The notes beneath the pieces were generated by a model. The model ran no database searches. It saw nothing but the letters and a program-made list of their open reading frames with translations, and had not been told where the DNA came from. The position numbers and the translations under genes were made by a program. From Octopus vulgaris (lineage: Eukaryota), in contig OX597831.1 in NCBI GenBank assembly GCA_951406725.2, positions 37,758,001 to 37,822,000 of the forward strand: a DNA stretch of 64,000 nt, given 5' to 3'. Below are positions 55,740 through 64,000 of the stretch, in pieces. How positions within the stretch are numbered: position 1 is the stretch's first letter; each line of letters opens with the position of its first letter.

Positions 55740-56120
55740 TTAAAACCTACACTGCATGCTAAATAAAGTTACAAGAACTGTACAGCGACGCTGTTAACAT
55801 TGGTGTGATACAGGTACGCATAGCAAGTATTTCCAGGTGGTTGGAACGTCTCAATACGAACTACGTGCATCCGTCAAGGACACAGGACAGCGCAAGGGAT
55901 AAGAAAAAGCTGGAGTTATTTTCATGTTGAAGGTTTATTCTACAGAACCAAAGATACGTACAGTTGCAATAAGACAGCAATTAACTGACATTTGTCAGTG
56001 GCTCACTAACCAACTTTTTTCAGATAATATCGATGATGATATAATGGCGCATCCCAGTGTGAGACCATATTACGAATGGAAGATGGATTACTCTCCCATA
56101 TATCATAGAGGCACAAGTAT
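55740..56120 (+). pseudogene. Possible very decayed CR1/L2-like LINE 3' fragment
   Basis: Weak VQRR and terminal motifs only. Confidence 0.2.
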
Positions 56121-56909
56121 TATTTGGTTAGAGGTTTCATATCTCACTTAAAATTATTTTATTACTTCCATTCGGTTGGCAGCATCCAATCTACGTAAAC
56201 ACAACAATAATAATCTTGTTTAATGTGCATTAACAGATTTTTGGATAATTTCAAAATGGAATCGTATACTCCAAAAATATAGCTAAATAAACGATAAAAC
56301 ATCACCATGTACATGGGAAATTGTTCGCCAGATCTAATTAAATGTAACACATTACGGATGTATGGACGTTGAATCTTCAGTTAATCTTAATCCAAAACAT
56401 ATTATACCAAGATGTCTTCCCAAGGCTATTTACAGCTCAAAACTCGTGTAATGCCGCAAATTGCATCGCCTGGAAATTTACCCTAAATTCTTTCGATACG
56501 TTTTTCCGGCAGTAACGGAATACTAAATATTATTCGAATGTTATAGTGGATTGGCTTCCTCTCCAATGGGATTTAACATTTCATCAGCTTCCTGTAATAG
56601 ACAGCAGATTAAAGCAATATCCACTCAGTGATAACCTTTCTGTAACGTAGAAGACATTTAAATTACCTATTCCAAGCACAATTTCTGATATGCTAATCTC
56701 CGTTAGAGAGCTTATATGATAATTCGTACTGTAATAAATAAAAATTATTGTTTCTCCTTTCTTCTTTTTCACTACAGCACATCTAAACGCACGCGCGCGC
56801 ACACACAGACACTCATACGCACACACACTCTCTCTCTCTCTCTCTCTATCTCTGTCTCACACACACACACACACAGACACACACACACACACATACACAT
56901 ATACATATT

Positions 56910-57276
56910 TGGTGGTTGTCTACTCCTGATGCAGAGTTTGACCACCTCCTGTACCTACACGTTAGGACTATCATGGCATCTAATGTGCCTTTTTAACCAG
57001 GCAGCGTTTTGAAAATATAACTTCATAGAATGCATATCCGTTTTGAACCACCAGGAGCTGCAGTTAAGTTCTGATCTTTGTGCATTGTAAAATGGCTTTT
57101 GAGGCCGCTGTTAGATTTGAAGATGTTCTGGCATACTTTGCATTGAAAGGTGTGTACAGACATATAAGCAGAATAGTTGGTCGAGGTTCGTTTTTCTTGG
57201 GTACGCAAATGAGAATTGAGCCCAGCAAAAGAAAGACATGGTCTGTCACATAAAAGAAAGACATGGTCTGTCACAT
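56910..57276 (-). mobile_element. Probable RTE LINE 3' end encoding three degenerate C2H2 zinc fingers
   Basis: CDRPCLSFAGLNSHLRTQ, CKVCQNIFKSNSGLKSHFTMH and CILxSYIFKTLPG/LKRHIRCH; short UTR followed by a TG-rich tail. Confidence 0.6.
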
Positions 57277-57364
57277 ACATATACACAAACATACATATAA
57301 ACATTCTTTAGCAAGAATATTACGGACAGCTGACTGGAACTTCGAAGTCATTGTCAATAATATT

Positions 57365-57937
57365 TATTTTTTATTGCTTACAGGGGAGTGGATATACATA
57401 GAGGGGACAAACAAGGACAGACAAAGGGACTTTGTCGATTATATCGACCCCATTGCGTAACTGGTACTTATTTAATCGACCCCGAAAGGATGAAAGGCAA
57501 CGTAACGGTAGACAAAATACCTATTTCTTTACTACCCACAGGGAGCTATAAACAGAGAGGTCAAAACAGGACAGACAAAGGGATTAAGTCGATTATATCG
57601 ACCCCAGTGCGTAACTGGTACTTATTTAATCGATCCCGAAAGGATGAAAGGCAAAGTCGAACTCGGCGGAATTTGAACTCACAACGTAGCGGCAGACGAA
57701 ATACCTATTTCTGTACTACCCACAAGGGCTAAACACAGACGGGACAAACAAGGACAGACAAACGGATTAAGTCGATTATATCGACCCCAGTGCGTAACTG
57801 ATACTTAATTTATCGACCCCGAAATGATGAAAGGCAAAGTCGACCTCGGCGGAATTTGAACTCAGAACGTAACGGCAGACGAAATACGGCTACGCATTTC
57901 GCCCGGCGTACTAATGTTTCTGCCACCTCGCCACTTT
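57365..57937 (-). mobile_element. Trimeric family B SINE inside a single 17-bp TSD
   Basis: TCATTGTCAATAATATT at 57348-57364 and 57938-57954; one head and three body units. Confidence 0.92.
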
Positions 57938-57971
57938 TCATTGTCAATAATATTCTTTCAGTATATGTACT

Positions 57972-58256
57972 GTGGAGGCATATGGTCTAGTGGATAGAGA
58001 AGCGGACTCGCTGTCTAGGGATCGCCGGTTCGAATCTCAGACCGGACGATGTGTGTGCTTATGAGCGAAACACATAAGCTCCACGTGGCTCCGGCAGAAG
58101 GTAATGGCGAACTTCTGTTGACTCTTTCGCCACAACTTTCTCTGGCTCTTTCCTCCTGCGATGGACCGGCGTCCTATCAAGGTGGGAAACCTATACGACA
58201 AGAAAACCGGGAAACCGGCCCTTATGAGCTAGGCGTGGCTCGAGAAGGAACAAACA
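57972..58256 (+). mobile_element. Family C SINE with a V-like domain, alternative tail and 12-bp TSD
   Basis: AGTATATGTACT at 57960-57971 and 58257-58268; ctgcgatggaccggcgtcc. Confidence 0.9.
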
Positions 58257-58331
58257 AGTATATGTACTATACAAAGTATAGAGTAACCCATTACAATAAC
58301 ATGATATTGTTTTTATTATAAACTGAATATC

Positions 58332-58510
58332 AGGCGGCGAGCTAGCAGCGTTTCGTCCGTCCCTATGTTTTGAGTTAAAATTCCTCCGACAGGGACTTTG
58401 TTACTTATCATTTCGGGCTCAATAAAACAGATACCATTTGGGGTTTGAGATCGATTTTATCGACTTGCCCCATCACCGAGCTTGCTGGATTTGTGCCAAA
58501 ATTTAAAACC
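58332..58510 (+). mobile_element. Decayed family B SINE
   Basis: aggcggcgagctagcag...tgagttaaaattcctccg...tttcgggctcaataaa. Confidence 0.7.
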
Positions 58511-58551
58511 ATTATAACTGAACATGAAAAATTACATTAATACATACATAG

Positions 58552-58698
58552 ACGGAGGAGTGGCTGTGTGGTAAGTGGCTTGCTTACCAACCACATGTCT
58601 TCGGGTTCAGTCTTAGGCAAATGTCTTATACTATACCTCATGCTGACCAAAGACTTCTGAGTGGATTTTGTAGACGGAAACTAAAAGAAGCCCGCTGG

Positions 58699-58739
<41 letters not shown>

Positions 58740-58974
58740 AATGTGTGTGTGTGTGTCTATATGTTTGTGTGTCTGTGTTTGAGCCCCCCAATATCGCTTC
58801 AGAACAGATGCTGGTGTGTTTACGTCTCCGTTAGCTAGCTGTTCGGCAAAACAGACCGATAGAATAAGTACTAGGCTTACTGAGAATAAGTCCCGGGTCC
58901 GATTTGCTCGACTAAAGGCAGTGCTCCAGCATGGCCTCAGTCAAATGACTGAAACTAGTAAAAGAATAAAAGAA
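58552..58974 (+). mobile_element. Family A SINE, near full length
   Basis: ggagtggctgtgtggtaag...gctccagcatggcctcagtcaaatgactgaaac. Confidence 0.92.
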
Positions 58975-59344
58975 AGCCGAAACTGATACCACAAACCACT
59001 TCTTCTGACATTCAAACAAATATACCAATCATCCGTCCGTAACTATAATGATTTTTAAAAAAAATTATTGCAGCGCCACCAATTTTGTGGAGAGTGTGTT
59101 AGTCGACACTATCAGCTTTCGTACGTGACATGGTAGATGCATGAAAAGTAACGTTGGTCTAGAGAACTATAATATTATAATGCAAGGAACCAAAACACAC
59201 AACGCAAGTGATTATCCTCACTCTAAAAATTTCATTAACCCCCAACCCACTCATTTTAAAATAAAATAACAAACTGGGTTTTCACTGTATTTCCTTATTC
59301 TGTTTTTCGTGAAATCTCTAACACTTATAAATACAGCATTATTA

Positions 59345-59783
59345 TCTCTCTATATATAAACGGCAGTTTATCTGTCTGTGTGTCTGTGTGTCTGCCAGGT
59401 TGTACCCTCACCCTGACCACGGCTTTCAAACGATTCTGATGAAACTTGACACACGCATAGCCCAATGTCATAATTCAAAACTGACGCAGCGAAAATTTTG
59501 AAAATTTCCCCCAGTTCTGAAAATATCGATATATTCGACATGGGGTCGAGAATCTAAGCTTTTTATATGCAACACCTTTTCTGTCTAGGGGACACAACTC
59601 GACCTTTTTATCGCCCAAAGGGACAGCTAGGAACATCGTATACACAGAAGTATTCGAGTGAAGAGAAGACATTGCAACCTACACATGCGCCTTCGTTCCC
59701 TAGAGAGAAAGGACCCGATTGGGATTAGCCATTGCCTACTGGGGGCTCTTACATACCCGGGTAACGCCGGACTATGCTGCTAG
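59345..59783 (+). mobile_element. Non-autonomous Helitron (439 bp)
   Basis: A|TC start, subterminal GC-rich hairpin ccgggtaacgccgg, CTAG|T end; retains the RepHel C-terminus LSPKGTARNIVYTEVFE*. Confidence 0.88.
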
Positions 59784-59792
59784 TATTATTAT

Positions 59793-59992
59793 AAAGGCGT
59801 CAATCTAGCAGAATCGTAAGCACGCTGGGCGAAATGCTGATTGGTATTTTGTCTGTCGTTACGTTCTGAGTTCAAATTCCCTCGAGGTCGACTTTTCCTT
59901 TCACCTTTTTGGGGTCGATAAGTTGAGTAATGAGATCGATGTAATCCTCCACCCACCCATATTCCAAGCCTTGTGCGTATAGTAGGAAAGAT
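59793..59992 (+). mobile_element. Family B SINE
   Basis: gcagaatcgtaagcacgctgggcgaaatgc...gttctgagttcaaattcc...ggggtcgataa. Confidence 0.88.
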
Positions 59993-61034
59993 TATTTTTT
60001 TCTTATTAGGTCTCCAATTTTGTATTCCTTTCCAAATAAATCACAAACACGGTTTGTTGCATTTTGGAGTGTTTTAGTTTATGTTAAGTGTGTTTATATC
60101 CAAAACTATTATATTGATTAATATAATATCTTGTTAAGCTTCTTGATATTCATAAAATTCACTTAAATCCGTATAAAGAAGTCTGTGTGTGTGTGTATAT
60201 ATTTACATTATGACTTATTTCGTTTAGTTAATTAAATTCGTTGTTTCTTGAATATTCCACTTCAAATACACGCTACAATTTTTAAGCGAAATAAAATTTA
60301 AGGAAGAAAAAAATGCAATGTGACAAAAATGATGTAAGCATCCGGTGATTCTCGAAAACGACCACTCACCCCGCCATATCGTTACATAATCATGAGTCCT
60401 GAATTACATCTAGTAACTTGGAAATTACCAATCATTTCTCATTTGTAAATGCTCCTTAATATTTTTGTATGACACAGGAAGTTAGCAAAAGCATTCATTT
60501 CGTTTTCTCGTCATTTGAAAATCAAAATAAATAAATAAAGAATTTCATATATCGAAAATTTAAAGACGAAAAAATATTATCGAATTTTGAAACAAACAGA
60601 ACTAATGATAATGTTAATTGAAAATAAAGTAGCCTCCGTTATTTCAAATTTTAGCAACTTTAAAAGCATGTTAGAAAATATATAAAAAAAAAAAGAGCTA
60701 CATATATATTGAAATAGTTATATGCTACATTTATTAGTAAACATGGAACAATAACAAAAATGGAAATATCCAATACATTTTTAGCAATATTTCCATGAAT
60801 AGCGCGCGCTCAGATGAAGAGCTTTTAAAGACATTACAGAAAGGCACTTCCCCATTTAATTAACGAGTATGTTTCGAAGTCTGATTCGCAATGAGAAGAA
60901 AAGGAGAAAGAGAAAATTTATGAAAATGATAAAATTGTAATGTTTCTCTACTAAAAGCATGTCATCAAGAAGAAGAAGAAGGAGGAGGGGGAGAAGAAAA
61001 AGAAGAAAAAAGTGTAGTTGTGTTGTTGTAGTTG

Positions 61035-61067
<33 letters not shown>

Positions 61068-61552
61068 TTGGTGGTGCTGATTGAGGTGGCAGTATTAGTA
61101 GTAGTAATGGTGGTTCCGGTGATAATGCTAATAGTAGTAGTAGTAGTAGTATGTTTCGTGGTGTTGGAGTTGGTGGTTAGTTGTAGTAGAAGTAGCAACA
61201 GCATTAGCAACATCAGTAGTAGCAGTAGTGGTGGTGGTGGTGGTGGTTGTGGTGGTGATGGTTGTGGTGGTGGTGGTGGTGATGGTGGTGGTAACATACG
61301 AGAATGGACAATGAAAGATGAACAAAAACACCGCAGGAACAAAAATGATATAAATGTAAAACACAAACTACATAAAACCTGTAAAAGAATAAGAAAAACA
61401 ATTAATCTTAAAGAAAATGTTGAATATATTTGTTATACCTCGGCAAACCTGCACGCACTTTACTGAAATTATTTGAAATTATTTGAATGAATCCGGTAAC
61501 GCATTTTTCGCGTGAAAACAAATTTGTATCATCGTAACTTAGACAACAATCT

Positions 61553-61622
61553 TTACCCTTTAGCAGTCAGATCATTCTGTCATCTACAGTGCTTATTTAT
61601 GCACATTGTTTTGAAGTAATCG
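61553..61622 (+). mobile_element. Possible piggyBac-type MITE end fragment
   Basis: ttaccctttagc resembles a TTAA|CCCT terminus; no partner TIR found. Confidence 0.25.
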
Positions 61623-61779
61623 TAGACAATTTGAGCTTAAAACAGGTAAGATACTTCATCGAGATTTGGTTTCTTTGAAGCTCAAATTTCTAAAGCTTTT
61701 CAAATGGAATCCGAGATTCGTAAATTTCTTACACGTATCTATTTAACAAATGCTTCTGTATTTCATGTTTCTGTATTCC

Positions 61780-62070
61780 ATTATTGTTTTTTGTTTTTTT
61801 ATATCTGTCCCTTTTGCTGTCCTGGTGTTCGTATGCATTCGATCCTTCTTCCAGGAAATCTACGCTTCCAGCTTAGTTTTTCTAATGCTCGTTGCTTGGT
61901 TTTTCTTGGAGGGCTGGCCGTGATCTAGTAATCTCAAGATTAATCAGCCGAAATTACTACGATGATCCGGTTCTTGACTGAAGACTGAGGGTTTCGAATG
62001 TCCTGTCCGTGTTTATTGTGTCGTCTTCTAAGAGTTATACGTTCTTGTCCATGTTGTATTTTTCTACATA
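61780..62070 (+). mobile_element. Short repeat of the 53217 family, possibly pLTR-derived
   Basis: Shared sequence with 53217-53367; ggctg...cagcc-GAAA hairpin; followed by (TA)n. Confidence 0.6.
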
Positions 62071-62098
62071 CCTTAATATATATATATATATATATAAA

Positions 62099-62136
<38 letters not shown>

Positions 62137-62207
62137 AACACACACACACACACACATATATAACTAGCAGAGATACTTGCTCTTGCTCGGAATTGAAATG
62201 GCATAGT

Positions 62208-62538
62208 ATGTTTTATTGTTTCAGTCGTATGGATGCGGCGATGCTGGAGCACGGCCGTTGGTTGAACAAATCGCCTACAGAATTTATTTTTTGTAAGCCT
62301 AGTACTTATTCTATCAGTGACTTTTGCCGAACCGCTAAGTTATGGGAATGTAAACACAGCTTCAACGTATGTCATGCAATGGTGGGGGTATAACCAGACA
62401 CAGACACACAACACACAGACGCACACATACTTACACACACACACACGCACGCACAAATAACCACATATCTACAACAGCCTTCTTTCAGTTTCTGTGTAAG
62501 AAATTCACTCAGAAGGTCTAGGTCGGCCTGAGGCTATA
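62208..62538 (-). mobile_element. Family A SINE, lacking its head
   Basis: gatgctggagcac...gtaagcctagtacttattctatc...ttttgccgaaccgctaagtta. Confidence 0.85.
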
Positions 62539-63247
62539 AAATATTGTCCTACTTCGTTTCCCACTTCTGAATGGTTCGTGCGATTGTGAACCTTGTATTT
62601 TTCTGATTTGGTATTTAAAGTTCCGTTTCTGCCTGCTTTACTATCCTGCTCATTCTATAATCTCAATATGTTTCACACCAAACACTTATCCTTAACAATC
62701 TCACATCGCGCTTATTAGCATTGAATATAGTGTGAAGTAGCTCCCGAAATTATTGCTCGGTGTCAAATATGACAAAGGAAACTACAGCCAGTTTCCCAAC
62801 TATGAATATTTATTCCCGCGGTTACCAATATCGGCTCCGAATTCCTCTAGTTTCGTTATTTCCATATTCCTAACTTCCCCAGCCTTTCTTTCTTACCACT
62901 GAACGTTTTGTGTGATTGTCACATCATATCGTTGTGTCCTCTGATATTAAATGCACAGCAGCCAAGTAGCATAGTTGTATGATTGAACTAGTAAAATTGT
63001 CAAAATTTTGCGAGAAAGTCATTCGTAATACTCATATATTTCAACGTTTGAATTAATAGTTGTAACACATCAATATATACAATGCATTTATAAATTACAT
63101 GTTAAACATATGAAAATAGCCTTTCAACACGGCTTTACAATTATAAATGTTTATGTACAGTTCATTTCAGTTCACTGGAAAAAAAAATCTCTCTTTAAAA
63201 TATATATATATAATCCAGGAATATATAAAAAAAAAATTGGAAAAACC

Positions 63248-63810
63248 TTAAACAAACTGAGAAATTTTTTTTGGAAAATGTACAATTCTACCACTTTTAG
63301 TCTTTTTCACTTGGGTAGGGGATTTCAGAATTGACTTTTGAGTGTTTCCATTAACCTTAGATTTGTTGTTTTGAATATCCCTCTGTTTCAAATTATGTCG
63401 ATATATATTGCTCGCATCTTCATTTCCAAGACATGAATATTGGTTAAAATAAGCTTTTTTTACTCTGTCTAAACTGACAATCGCTTTGTTACCAAAGAGA
63501 TTTTTAGCGAAAGTCATAGTTGACAAAACTTTAAAAGGTCCCGTGTATTTTAATTTCAGTGAATTGTGAGTAGTATCATTACGTACAAATACATGAGTCC
63601 AAGAATTTATATCAGAAGGAACGAAACTTTTAACATTCTGTAATTTTCTCGTAAAAGAAGGAATATCAATAAGAAATCTCTGAAGACGTATTATATTAAC
63701 ATCTCCATTAAAAGAATTGAAATCATATAAAAATATGCTTTAACTGTATTTTCAGAATTCCTATATGAGCAGTTATTTCAACCAATGGGAAAACGACAAT
63801 CATATTTCTT
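63248..63810 (-). pseudogene. Gypsy integrase C-terminal fragment
   Basis: FVPSDINSWTHVFVRND...YTGPFKVL...VSLDRVKKAY...TKSGRIVHFPKK (GPY/F module and TRSGR-type tail). Confidence 0.75.
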
Positions 63811-64000
63811 CGACAATACGACATTACGTCATATTGCCAGTAACCACAAATTGGCGGTACTATTTGAAAATGTGTACACGCAACATCCGCTTTTCGCCAA
63901 AGTGGGGGACCGGTTTTTATAGCGGATGTTTTATGGTTACTGTTAGTGTAACGCTACTTTTATATGTCTCCTATTTGGAAATAGATAAATATATTTTACT

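Noticed and set aside
57365-57937. Regularly spaced repeats resembling a CRISPR array
   Set aside because: Whole units repeat with no unique spacers, there are no cas genes, and the context is a eukaryotic SINE
59430-59450. CUGAUGA motif inside the Helitron
   Set aside because: No stem II, downstream GAAA or stem III arrangement
61900-62005. CUGAAGA and ggctg/cagcc-GAAA as a further hammerhead
   Set aside because: The elements are not in an order that gives a complete fold with stem I; kept only as a repeat family
63880-63930. Inverted repeat aacatccgct / agcggatgtt
   Set aside because: Only 10 bp and near the window edge; probably part of a repeat that cannot be defined here

Overview
Eukaryotic, AT-rich and almost entirely repetitive DNA. 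The SINE families and the very dense microsatellites suggest a cephalopod (Octopus-like) genome, which is an inference. There is no complete host gene; one plausible internal coding exon lies at 26842-26992 (+), so the window is probably mostly intronic. It holds many tRNA-derived SINEs from three modular families and R4/Dong-type RLE LINE remnants sitting in (TAA)n tracts. It also holds decayed RTE LINE pieces, a 3.1-kb Gypsy provirus lacking RT/RNaseH, a candidate solo LTR, several mariner/Tc1 relics and MITEs, a complete non-autonomous Helitron, and Penelope-like (GIY-YIG) elements. The most notable signal is a cluster of type I hammerhead-ribozyme (HHR) motifs between 28 and 40 kb. It includes a 496-bp tandem repeat (35417-36413) with one HHR per unit, a retrozyme/pLTR-like design predicted to release a 496-nt monomer that could circularise. 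Most ORFs in the supplied track are translations of microsatellites. Boundaries of decayed elements are approximate, and family names come from motifs recognised by eye.
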